Part shown: piece by piece, positions 54,837-63,355 of the stretch | Numbering within the stretch: the stretch's first letter is position 1 | How the letters are laid out: each line of letters opens with the position of its first letter | IMG/VR virus record: IMGVR_UViG_3300034104_004745 | Location: 64,001-128,000 of that record | Strand: one strand, 5' to 3' | From: a virus | Taxonomy: Duplodnaviria; Heunggongvirae; Uroviricota; Caudoviricetes | DNA: 64,000 bases | Translations under genes and position numbers: made by a program | Notes under the pieces: generated by a model | The model's database searches: none | Told to the model about the DNA's origin: nothing | What the model saw: only the letters and a program-made list of their open reading frames with translations

Positions 54837-56360
54837 TTATTGAGTTTTCTTATTGTAAGAAGCCATTTGCTTAATTCTTTGAATTTCTTCAGAAATAACT
54901 TTTTTAGACTCTTCTTTGGATTCTTTAACTTCTCTTGAAGGCTGTACATCTTTATTGTACATTTTCATACTTGCCTCTTGTTTATCTTTTCTCTTAACCT
55001 TTTTAATAATTTTTTCACCTAGTTTGCTTGGGATTACGTTTGCAGCATCTTGTGAGTTACCCATTTTAGTATCACCTTTTAATGCTTTTTCGTGTCTATC
55101 CTGAGCTTCTTTTGATGGATCTACATCATAAATTAAATCTTCTAATCCACCACCTCTATTGTCAGCAACTTCTTCAGATTCTTCATCATCTGTTCTTCTT
55201 GCTTTCACTTCTCCACCGATTTGATTTGGAAATTCTGGATTATCGTTACCATCGAAATTTAAAAATTCTTTAATCTTTTTTTCAACATCAGATAACGCGT
55301 CATCGTTTTCTTTACCACTTTGCTTGTGTACCGTTTGTTGTAATTCAACACCTGGAACAGCTTCACTTACCATTTTTTTAATAAGTTTAATTAAATCTGA
55401 TTCATTTAAACGAATTGATTTTTTACTTTCGTTTGTCATAGAACCGCACTCACATAATTCTTTACCACACTTTTCACACATACCACCTTGGCCCTCATCT
55501 ATATCATCGTCAGGATTATAGTCTGAAGACGTAACACTATAAGGTTCATTTTCACTGTTTGAAGCTTCAACATAAAAGAAAGAATTAGGGAACATATCAG
55601 ATAAGCTATTAACTCTACTTTTAGCCTCTTCTTCTGTGTCATAAACACCTTGATACCCTATTTCGCCATAACCACCATCTTGTAATACGTGGTAATATGT
55701 TTTTTTATGATCATCTTCCTTCATATCGGAACCACACTCATAACATTCTTCTTCCTCATCCATTGCTTCATCAGCATCAGCATCTTGAACAGGATAGGTT
55801 TCACCATCAACAGTGAATTCATCTTCACCATTTTTTATTGCTTCAGCTCTAGCAGCGCTAAATGCGTTACCTTCTGCTGGCTCAACTTTTTTAATTTTAG
55901 CAGTCAATTCTGACATATCATAGTCTTCTAAAATGTCGAAAACACGTTGTGCTGGTACTTTACCTTCATATGCCTCACATAATTCCATTAAATCTTCTTT
56001 AGCTTCTGAAATAACATTTCCAGCCTTATTTGCTAGTTTAGTTACTTGATCAATTGTAAAGTGACCTTTATGTTTTGTTTCATTAATATTTTCCATGTTT
56101 TCTAGTTTTTCTGACATTTTATCTAATTCTTCAAATGATAATTTTTCACCAGGTTCAATGATTAACTCTTGATCTGGGTTATCTTTTTTATATGTTTCTA
56201 AGGCTTTTTGAGCTTCTTCTTCAGTTTCAAACTGTTCAATTGGCTCACCTTGTTTATTTTTAATAATATAAACCTCACCTGAAATCCCTTCCAGAATAGC
56301 GTTTTTTATTTCTCTGGTAATTGATTCTTTTATAATGTTTTTCAATTCTTCGGTTTTCAT
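54837..56360 (-). CDS. Acidic protein, putative head-internal or scaffold protein
   Basis: Glu-rich; IRLNESDLIKLIKKMVSE, VISEEIQRIKQM, AFSAARAEA..GEDEFTVDG motifs. Confidence 0.45.
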   Translation of the reverse strand: MKTEELKNIIKESITREIKNAILEGISGEVYIIKNKQGEPIEQFETEEEAQKALETYKKDNPDQELIIEPGEKLSFEELDKMSEKLENMENINETKHKGHFTIDQVTKLANKAGNVISEAKEDLMELCEAYEGKVPAQRVFDILEDYDMSELTAKIKKVEPAEGNAFSAARAEAIKNGEDEFTVDGETYPVQDADADEAMDEEEECYECGSDMKEDDHKKTYYHVLQDGGYGEIGYQGVYDTEEEAKSRVNSLSDMFPNSFFYVEASNSENEPYSVTSSDYNPDDDIDEGQGGMCEKCGKELCECGSMTNESKKSIRLNESDLIKLIKKMVSEAVPGVELQQTVHKQSGKENDDALSDVEKKIKEFLNFDGNDNPEFPNQIGGEVKARRTDDEESEEVADNRGGGLEDLIYDVDPSKEAQDRHEKALKGDTKMGNSQDAANVIPSKLGEKIIKKVKRKDKQEASMKMYNKDVQPSREVKESKEESKKVISEEIQRIKQMASYNKKTQ

Positions 56361-56361
56361 A

Positions 56362-57441
56362 CTAAATAAATATCTCTTTAATCTGATTTAACACCAGTCT
56401 TTCTACTTCTTTAACTGGTAAATTATATTTGTTTGCGGTTTCTTGAATAGCTTTGTCCAAATCCTGAGATTCTAATAGTTCTAAAACACTTTTATCCCCC
56501 TGATTACAGTATGGGAATTTTTTACATTTATCAGCTATTTTAACGAATTTACCACCAGGTCCACCCCACTTTGGGAAGTTTTTATCTTTGACTGCCCTTC
56601 CTTTATATATTGTATCTGGTCCACCAATACTTAATGGATTTTTTCTACCTTTTGTACCACCAAATAAAGGAACATCATATGAACCAGCAGAACTACCATC
56701 GGTAACTTCATCGATCTCTTGCTCTTGTTCAGTCATGTTGTGTATTTTGGTTATGTGTTTCTTTTTTATAACCTGACCAAAAGCCGGAGCACTATACGAA
56801 CCAGATGAATCACCACCAGTCATCTCTTTAGCTTCAACCTTCTTTAATTTTGTGTAATATGATGGGTCTTCCCATAAATGGTCCATAGCAATTTCTTTCG
56901 CTCTTTTTTCATTATCAGTGTGTTCCATCTCAACTTTTATACCCATCTCCAATTGTTTTTTTAGAGATTTCATCATATCGTTGATGTGATAATAACTTTT
57001 AGCATTATGTTTTTTTGCTAGTTGAACTAGAGACTTGTTATCTGCTAATCCACCTTTTAATTCTTCCGCTTCATTCATTTCATAATCATATTTAGATAGA
57101 TCAACTACCCATAATTTAGGGTTAATACCATTTTTAATTAATCCAGCTAATCTGGTGTTACCACCCAATAAATCATAGTCTTCATCACTAAATTTCACAA
57201 CCATTGGTATTTCTACCACACCCATTTCAAACGCCTCTTCAAATCTTTTCTTTTTATCTTCCTCTAAACTATCGAAATCTAAATTGGTGTTGTTTAAAAC
57301 ATCTTTAATTTTCTTGTAATTAGTTATTTTAAAGTTGTTTTGTGCAACGTCTAACCAACCCTCATAACCCATTTCTTCAAACTCTGGATAACGCAAAGCT
57401 TCCATCCACTCTTCATCAAAATCGGGCTTACTATATTTCAT
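56362..57441 (-). CDS. ParB/Srx-like N-terminus + DUF5661-like domain protein
   Basis: PMVVK....YDLLGGNTRL; GIKVEMEH...AKEIAMDHL.EDPSYYTKL. Confidence 0.6.
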   Translation of the reverse strand: MKYSKPDFDEEWMEALRYPEFEEMGYEGWLDVAQNNFKITNYKKIKDVLNNTNLDFDSLEEDKKKRFEEAFEMGVVEIPMVVKFSDEDYDLLGGNTRLAGLIKNGINPKLWVVDLSKYDYEMNEAEELKGGLADNKSLVQLAKKHNAKSYYHINDMMKSLKKQLEMGIKVEMEHTDNEKRAKEIAMDHLWEDPSYYTKLKKVEAKEMTGGDSSGSYSAPAFGQVIKKKHITKIHNMTEQEQEIDEVTDGSSAGSYDVPLFGGTKGRKNPLSIGGPDTIYKGRAVKDKNFPKWGGPGGKFVKIADKCKKFPYCNQGDKSVLELLESQDLDKAIQETANKYNLPVKEVERLVLNQIKEIFI

Positions 57442-57680
57442 TATTTAACGTTCTTTAATGCACTAACCCAGAAGTTATTTCTGGTCCATAAAGTTTTATA
57501 TAGTTCAACAACAACTTTAGTAGCTAGATCAACGATTTTATCATCTATCTTTTTTGTGCCTAATTCTTTTTGAATTATCTTAACCACAATGTCGTGAGCT
57601 TTGGTAGTATCAAGGAAATCTTTAATCTCTTTTTTAACGATTTTTTCAATCTCCTTTTTATCATCATTTGTTAATGCCAT
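57441..57680 (-). CDS. Hypothetical protein
   Basis: 79-aa coupled ORF. Confidence 0.7.
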   Translation of the reverse strand: MALTNDDKKEIEKIVKKEIKDFLDTTKAHDIVVKIIQKELGTKKIDDKIVDLATKVVVELYKTLWTRNNFWVSALKNVK

Positions 57681-57682
57681 TG

Positions 57683-58177
57683 TTAGTTATTTTTTCTATT
57701 GTTCATTATTTCCATTACAACATCTTCAAACGTATGTTGGAATTTCTCTAATTTGTTAATTGTCTCAACTGTCTCTGCCTCTATTTTTAACATATTAGCA
57801 TTTAAATATAAACCTCTTTCATTACCAGCAATAAGAACAAAACTTAGATCTTCTTCGATACTACCATCAAGTCTAACTGAATCAACATAAATGTTAAAAC
57901 CTTCTTCAAAATTAACTAACTCACTTACTTGTGACTTAAAATTTTGTACTAATTGGTTTAATGATGCTTTTTCTTCATCAGATAAAGAAAGGTCTTCCTG
58001 ATCTGTACTATGGATTTTTACTTCCACATTATCATTAAGAACTAGGTTAAATAATTTTTCATCTTCTTCTTTTAGGATGCTCTTTGATTTTACATTTTCA
58101 TTAAGATTTCTCATTGTATTGAGCATCTTTTTTGTTAAATCATATCCTGGGTTCTGTTTGTGTAACATTTTCTTCAA
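57683..58177 (-). CDS. Hypothetical protein
   Basis: 164-aa ORF preceded by TATTTATA at 58211-58218. Confidence 0.7.
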   Translation of the reverse strand: MKKMLHKQNPGYDLTKKMLNTMRNLNENVKSKSILKEEDEKLFNLVLNDNVEVKIHSTDQEDLSLSDEEKASLNQLVQNFKSQVSELVNFEEGFNIYVDSVRLDGSIEEDLSFVLIAGNERGLYLNANMLKIEAETVETINKLEKFQHTFEDVVMEIMNNRKNN

Positions 58178-58763
58178 ATATATTAAAATTAAACGATGGG
58201 TTTATATCTGTATAAATATCCGAGAAATTCGATTTACTGACTATCCCATTGAAGTTTTTAGCGTTCTCGAAGAATCCGGAAGATGGAACGGATTGATAAG
58301 GTATATCATAATGTGCACAAAGCAGCAAACATAGGTCTGCTAATGCGTTTAATTGTTCTTTTGAGTAGGTGTCCCAATAGAAATACCCTCTCCAACCTCT
58401 TAGATGTGGCTCCCCTCGATAAATGTCATTAATCCAATTACTATAGGTACCCATTATGGTATTCTTGTTTAACCATCCTAGATTTTCTATAGCAATTTTG
58501 ATTTGTTTTTTGTCAACGGAGGTATCACCAAAAGTCTTGGTCATGTAATCGGGCTCGATTAACTTGTATATTTTACCGGTTTTTGTAATGCAGAAATGGG
58601 GAATATCTTCATATTTCCCCTCTCTTCTATACTTCAGCATCTTTATAAAATCATCAATCCTTCTTTTAGTATCATAAAGAAGGATCTGTGTTTTATTATA
58701 TTTTCTCTTTTTGTGATTTAAATTACTTAAATCAAAAACTTCTGCGCCTAGAATTTCTAACAT
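58140..58763 (-). CDS. Amidase_2 (N-acetylmuramoyl-L-alanine amidase)-fold protein, probably inactive
   Basis: QILLYDT, HFCI...G.IY, IAIEN.G, YSKEQ..AL..L, GIVSKSN...TDINP; the expected Zn-ligand His residues are replaced. Confidence 0.7.
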   Translation of the reverse strand: MLEILGAEVFDLSNLNHKKRKYNKTQILLYDTKRRIDDFIKMLKYRREGKYEDIPHFCITKTGKIYKLIEPDYMTKTFGDTSVDKKQIKIAIENLGWLNKNTIMGTYSNWINDIYRGEPHLRGWRGYFYWDTYSKEQLNALADLCLLLCAHYDIPYQSVPSSGFFENAKNFNGIVSKSNFSDIYTDINPSFNFNIFEENVTQTEPRI

Positions 58764-59040
58764 TTCTTTGGAATGTTTTATTACTTATTATTGGTTGCGG
58801 TGCTTCAATAATCCCATCTTCCCAATATAAATCATCCGGCGTATCGCTTGGCGTAGCCGAAGGAATAAACGTCTCTGTTGGCGTTTCAGTTGGGGTTCCT
58901 GTTATAAAAAATGTGGGTGTAGGCGTAGGTGTTGGTATAACAGTTTCTGTTGGTGTGAATGTCGGCGTAACAGTTTCTGTTGGACTAGGTGTTGGTGTCT
59001 CAGTCGGTGTAGGTGTTAAAGTTGGGGTGAACTGAGGCAT
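58732..59040 (-). CDS. Pro/Thr-repeat protein; probable -1-frame continuation of 59061-60326
   Basis: TPTPTETP repeats; the frame is open upstream to the A10 run at 59067-59076. Confidence 0.6.
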   Translation of the reverse strand: MPQFTPTLTPTPTETPTPSPTETVTPTFTPTETVIPTPTPTPTFFITGTPTETPTETFIPSATPSDTPDDLYWEDGIIEAPQPIISNKTFQRNVRNSRRRSF

Positions 59041-59060
59041 TTCTGTAATAAAAGGTGTCG

Positions 59061-60326
59061 TTATGATTTTTTTTTTAAGTCATCATCCTCATTTTCCTGG
59101 ATATGATCTCGCCAAAAGCTATCATTGTTGATTTCTTTAAATTCTTCTTCTCTAGGTATTGAGTCATCAATATTATATTTTGGCATTTCTTCGATTGTTG
59201 TAAATGGTTCAACTACCGTTTCTTCTTCCCATTCGTTAATCTGATCTTCATAATCCTGAACAGGATCTTGGAAAATATTCTCATAATTTGGCTCTATAGT
59301 AGAAAAATTTTCTTCTATTTCTTCTTCAGTTGGTTCTTCTTGGATAATTTCCCCCAATTCTTCTTCGGTTTGTGGATTTACATAATCCTCTAACTTTTGT
59401 AATTGCGTTTTTTCAATTAAGGCCGGTGCTTCATCACTAACTAAATCTTCGTCTTGAATATCCTCAAATTTTCTTTCCCATTCATTGATAAACATCTCTC
59501 TTACTTCCTCATCTGATAAAGCAGGAATAACTTCTGTTTTAATTAATGGATTATCAAAAGGTTCATCATATAAACCCAATTCTTCATCCAATCTCATCAT
59601 TTCACTAAGAACCTCATCAATTCTTTCTTTAGATGGTGTTTCATTTACTTTTGGTTGCTCATTCTCAATCTTTTCCTTATATTTTTTAGCCGCTTCTTTT
59701 AATGCTTCATTTGGCTCTGGTGGGTTTTCTAAAAATCTTTGTAGAATTTCTAAATCTTTTTCGGTTAATTTAAGTCTAGCAGATTCATCAGCAAGATCAG
59801 CATTAATTATGTTATCTTGAATTTGTTTATCAACACTAGGTTTATTATCCTCTTTCAATCTATCTTCCTCTGTGAATTTAACTAACATATGTAAGAATGA
59901 TAATGAAATCATTGGTAACATACCGCCGGCAAATAAAGCTAGGAATCTTTTATGACCAACAAGATTTGTTGCTTCAACACCCATAAACTCTAATAATGGT
60001 GCAACAAGATCAACCCAGTCTTTAAATGATTGTGAATTGATATCAATAAAAGAATAAGCGAAAAATATATTTCCAATAAATTGAACTAGGGTAACAATAG
60101 CAAAAGGGAAGTAAACCTTTTTACCCATATCTGCAGATATTGCAGCTAATGCAGATAATGCTGCTATTTCTATACCAATTGAAAGGTACAATGCCCAACT
60201 CACTGGGTTTGAAATACCATACCATATTGTAACGTGTGATATTGAAACTATCGCCACGGTAATGATAGGTACTAAAAACGCTGTTATAATTAACGTTTTA
60301 TAATTTTTATTAATCCAATTTTTCAT
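59061..60326 (-). CDS. Multi-pass membrane protein with long acidic C-terminal region
   Basis: About four N-terminal hydrophobic helices (IEIAAL, LVQFIGN), then an E/D-rich tail. Confidence 0.75.
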   Translation of the reverse strand: MKNWINKNYKTLIITAFLVPIITVAIVSISHVTIWYGISNPVSWALYLSIGIEIAALSALAAISADMGKKVYFPFAIVTLVQFIGNIFFAYSFIDINSQSFKDWVDLVAPLLEFMGVEATNLVGHKRFLALFAGGMLPMISLSFLHMLVKFTEEDRLKEDNKPSVDKQIQDNIINADLADESARLKLTEKDLEILQRFLENPPEPNEALKEAAKKYKEKIENEQPKVNETPSKERIDEVLSEMMRLDEELGLYDEPFDNPLIKTEVIPALSDEEVREMFINEWERKFEDIQDEDLVSDEAPALIEKTQLQKLEDYVNPQTEEELGEIIQEEPTEEEIEENFSTIEPNYENIFQDPVQDYEDQINEWEEETVVEPFTTIEEMPKYNIDDSIPREEEFKEINNDSFWRDHIQENEDDDLKKKS

Positions 60327-60327
60327 A

Positions 60328-60621
60328 TTAATATTTGCCCAATTCTTTAGTCAATGTTGTTATTTCCTCATCAATTTTTGTTTGACGTTGAACATCTAAC
60401 ATTTTTCGATCGGTTGCCTGGATCATTCTTTTTTCAGACTTAAGCCCTTCGATTTGTAAAACAATATTCAATTCTTTCTTTGTATATGTCGAATCTTTAA
60501 TTGTTTTAATCTCGTTTTTTATTTTAGTTATCTCCCTAGTATCACTACACCCTTTAAAGAATGTTAATAATGTAATAGCTAATACAATAACAGTAAAATT
60601 TCCTTCGATAAACTTTTTCAT
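60328..60621 (-). CDS. Membrane-anchored coiled-coil protein
   Basis: N-terminal hydrophobic helix, then a charged helix. Confidence 0.7.
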   Translation of the reverse strand: MKKFIEGNFTVIVLAITLLTFFKGCSDTREITKIKNEIKTIKDSTYTKKELNIVLQIEGLKSEKRMIQATDRKMLDVQRQTKIDEEITTLTKELGKY

Positions 60622-60623
60622 TT

Positions 60624-61433
60624 TTATAAATATTTTAAGAGAGAAAAGCTTTCATTTCTAAGCTTTTTTATTGCTTTATCTTTTAGTTGTCTAATTCTTT
60701 CTTTAGTACAACCAAATTCTTCACCTAAATCATCCAAATTCTTTTCAGTGCCTGTTAAACCAAAATAACCTTCAATGATGGCGCTTTCTCTTTCATCCAA
60801 GAAAGACATCATATACTTGATTCTATGTTTTAAATCTTCAGCACTATTTGCCATATCTTCTGGAGATGTGGCATTTGGATTAACAATTATTTCAAGTAAC
60901 GTATCACCTTCTTCATTTATTTCTCTAAACAAATCAATGGTTGTTGGAATTCCATTTAATGGTGTTTCTCTATATTCAAGATAGAAGCCATCTTCACTTG
61001 ATGCTTCTTCCTTCTTTAATTTTTGAGCTTCTTGAATTACGTTTGATGGAATTCTTATTGTTCTAGCATATTCATTTAATGAATAAAGTATTTGTTGTTT
61101 GATCCACCAAACAGCATATGATATAAATTTAAACCCAGATGTAATATCATAGCGTTCGATAGCTTTGATTAATCCTATATTACCTTCTGAAATTAAATCC
61201 GAAACATCAAGACCTTGATTTTGATAAGTCTTTGCAATTGAAATTACAAATCTCAAATTACCTCTAACAACTTCATCACTCAGCTTCTGTCGCTCCGACT
61301 TAGACAAATTCTTTTCTTTGAGTTTGAGAAAAATTTCATTTTCTCTCTCATGAGTTATCACTGGGATTTTCTTGAGATCTTTGATGTAATAGTTGATCTC
61401 ATCTGTTCTTACGATTGGAGCGGTCTTTTTCAT
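60624..61433 (-). CDS. RNA polymerase sigma-70 factor (RpoD/RpoS-like, short Bacteroidota type)
   Basis: Region 1.2 YIKDLKKIP; region 2 NLRFVISIAK...DLISEGNIGLIKA..RYD...GFKFISYAVWWI; region 4 LDDLGEEFGCTKERIRQL. Confidence 0.93.
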   Translation of the reverse strand: MKKTAPIVRTDEINYYIKDLKKIPVITHERENEIFLKLKEKNLSKSERQKLSDEVVRGNLRFVISIAKTYQNQGLDVSDLISEGNIGLIKAIERYDITSGFKFISYAVWWIKQQILYSLNEYARTIRIPSNVIQEAQKLKKEEASSEDGFYLEYRETPLNGIPTTIDLFREINEEGDTLLEIIVNPNATSPEDMANSAEDLKHRIKYMMSFLDERESAIIEGYFGLTGTEKNLDDLGEEFGCTKERIRQLKDKAIKKLRNESFSLLKYL

Positions 61434-61479
61434 TTGTTAAAAGTAAAAGGTTTGTTCAGCTAAAATAAGCAAAAAAAAC

Positions 61480-61920
61480 CTAATTACCAAATCCATCAAG
61501 AAATTTTTTTTCATCTTCAGTTAAACTGTCCATTCCTTGATCTTGGATTTTTTCTAAAATCTCATCTAATTCAAATTTTCTGTCTAACTTTCTAATAGAA
61601 ACCTTAAACGCATCATGTGAGGAATTTTGTGGTTTGAAGATAAACTCTCTAAGTGCTTCCGGGATTTCAGCCCAAAAAACATTCTCCTTTTCAAATATAA
61701 AATAAAATTTAATGTGTTCTAAGTCTAGAAGCTTTTTTAAGTCATCTATAAGGGTTTCTTTATCTTTTTCACTATCAAATATAATGATGCAGTTTCCAAG
61801 ACTTTCAATGACATATTTGACACCGGATTCTGAAACCTGGGTAAAATGCTCCATGCAGAAGAATTCTAGGTCCTCGTGATCCTCAAACGCACCATAAATA
61901 AAGAGTATATATGATTTCAT
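61480..61920 (-). CDS. Hypothetical protein with C-terminal DUF6576-like motif
   Basis: LDEILEKIQDQGMDSLTEDEKKFL. Confidence 0.6.
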   Translation of the reverse strand: MKSYILFIYGAFEDHEDLEFFCMEHFTQVSESGVKYVIESLGNCIIIFDSEKDKETLIDDLKKLLDLEHIKFYFIFEKENVFWAEIPEALREFIFKPQNSSHDAFKVSIRKLDRKFELDEILEKIQDQGMDSLTEDEKKFLDGFGN

Positions 61921-61953
61921 AATTAACGATAGGTAACATAAAATGAAATAAAA

Positions 61954-62601
61954 CTATTTCTTTTTCTTTACGTTTATCTTCCAGTAAACCCCACCACCTA
62001 CATATGGTTGAAATTCGCCGGTTAAACCGTTCACAACCGTGTTATTAACCCCAGTTGATACTTTGTATAATCTATCGTTTTTATCCTTTATAATAAAGCC
62101 TAAACCCATTAATCTCACTACGTTAAGCCTATCAAAGTTCGCGTCAAACCCAAAATACATTTGAGTTTTTTTAGGTTCCAGGGTATAAATCGTGTCTTTA
62201 ACTACTTTTTGTTTAACTTTTGCATCAAAACTCCTAGACAAAACTTTATTTTCGCTAATGGTTTCTGTTAATTCAATAACACCTAAACCATTAGGTAAAT
62301 TTAAATTCTCTTTGGTTTCAATTTTTGCATAGAAATTCTTAAGAATTACCGCTGTGTCTACCGGCATTAATACGGTATCATGTACAGCATATGGTATTTG
62401 AACTTCATACGGTACATCGACTTCAACCTCAACCAGTGAATCAACAGTAATTGTATCATACACTGGGTAAGGTATTGAATCGATTTTGTGGTGATACTTA
62501 GTTCTATTGGGCATTATACCTTTCGGGTTAATTGCTATTATAGCCGTTGTTGCTAGTAATAGTAAAATAATAATATTCCTAATATCTAAGTATTTTTTCA
62601 T
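61954..62601 (-). CDS. Membrane-anchored exported protein rich in D-(S/T) sequons
   Basis: N-terminal TM helix; DSI, DTI, DSL, DTV, DTA, DTI; C-terminal beta-hairpins ending GVYWKI. Confidence 0.7.
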   Translation of the reverse strand: MKKYLDIRNIIILLLLATTAIIAINPKGIMPNRTKYHHKIDSIPYPVYDTITVDSLVEVEVDVPYEVQIPYAVHDTVLMPVDTAVILKNFYAKIETKENLNLPNGLGVIELTETISENKVLSRSFDAKVKQKVVKDTIYTLEPKKTQMYFGFDANFDRLNVVRLMGLGFIIKDKNDRLYKVSTGVNNTVVNGLTGEFQPYVGGGVYWKINVKKKK

Positions 62602-62602
62602 T

Positions 62603-63019
62603 TTATTTAACTAATAAAAAAGATGTAGCAATTATACCAACAAAAGAAGCCACCTTGTAAAGGAAAGTTTTTCTTCTCTGTCCTTTAAGTTCTTTTAATA
62701 AACTTTCAGACTTAGCTCGTTCCAAATCAAATTGTTGGTCTTTTTTGGTAATGATCAATTCAAGATTTGAAATCTTTTGATCTTTAAGTGTGTCTTTTTG
62801 TTTGAACAAGCTTATTTGTTCATCTTTAAGGCCAATAACTTTATTTAATTCCTTGATTTCTTCAACCGCGCCATCACCTTTTATTAAATCTTTAATAACC
62901 AATTTCGCAACTGGAACCTTTAAAGGGACTAAAGTATCAATATTGGTCTTTGTAACGGTCTGTGAAAAACTTTTCAAGGTCACTAAAGTTATAATTGTTA
63001 ACAGAATCAATTTTTTCAT
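62603..63019 (-). CDS. Signal peptide + coiled coil + C-terminal TM protein (spanin-like partner)
   Basis: MKKLILLTIITLVTLKSFS|Q, heptad region, RRKTFLYKVASFVGIIATSFLLVK. Confidence 0.65.
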   Translation of the reverse strand: MKKLILLTIITLVTLKSFSQTVTKTNIDTLVPLKVPVAKLVIKDLIKGDGAVEEIKELNKVIGLKDEQISLFKQKDTLKDQKISNLELIITKKDQQFDLERAKSESLLKELKGQRRKTFLYKVASFVGIIATSFLLVK

Positions 63020-63281
63020 GTGTTTGTGTTTTAATAATTGTTATGTTTTTACTAACGTTATTGATGTCTCCATCAATATTATCGATTTCCTTATCGATAG
63101 TCAAAATTTGTTGAGTTAATGCTGTGTTAACGTCTTGGATAGAATCAATTTCGGTTTGAATTGAGTCTATTTTAGCATTATATCCAGCGACATCGGTTCT
63201 TATTCCGTGACTTTGAAAAATACTATAAGCCGCCAAACAAGCAATAATAACCAATAAAACTGTTTGTTTATTTACTTTCAT
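62937..63281 (-). CDS. N-anchored coiled-coil protein (spanin-like)
   Basis: TVLLVIIAC hydrophobic segment or possible lipobox, followed by long heptad repeats. Confidence 0.65.
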   Translation of the reverse strand: MKVNKQTVLLVIIACLAAYSIFQSHGIRTDVAGYNAKIDSIQTEIDSIQDVNTALTQQILTIDKEIDNIDGDINNVSKNITIIKTQTHEKIDSVNNYNFSDLEKFFTDRYKDQY

Positions 63282-63296
63282 AGTTTATGTTTTATA

Positions 63297-63304
63297 TATA
63301 AATA
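63297..63304 (-). promoter_or_regulatory. Putative late-promoter motif TATTTATA
   Basis: 15 nt upstream of the ATG at 63281. Confidence 0.5.
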
Positions 63305-63305
63305 C

Positions 63306-63329
63306 AAAGAGGTCGCAAAAAGCGACCTC
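63306..63329 (-). terminator. Rho-independent terminator
   Basis: gaggtcgc-aaaaa-gcgacctc 8-bp GC-rich stem followed by TTTGTATTT on the minus strand. Confidence 0.7.
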
Positions 63330-63355
63330 AAAGTAAGACCTTGTGATTAGTTTAT

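Noticed and set aside
55600-55710. RNase H1 N-terminal (Cauli_VI)-like motif YYHVLQDGG...GVYDTEEEAK
   Set aside because: Resemblance is weak and the characteristic W/F residues are missing; not supportable without a profile search.
792-61000. Numerous plus-strand and nested ORFs in the track (e.g. 1104-1388, 32893-33366, 44976-45563, 58688-59035, 59485-59820)
   Set aside because: Antisense or frame shadows of long, motif-bearing minus-strand genes, with composition explained by the reverse complement of S/T/G-rich or acidic codons.
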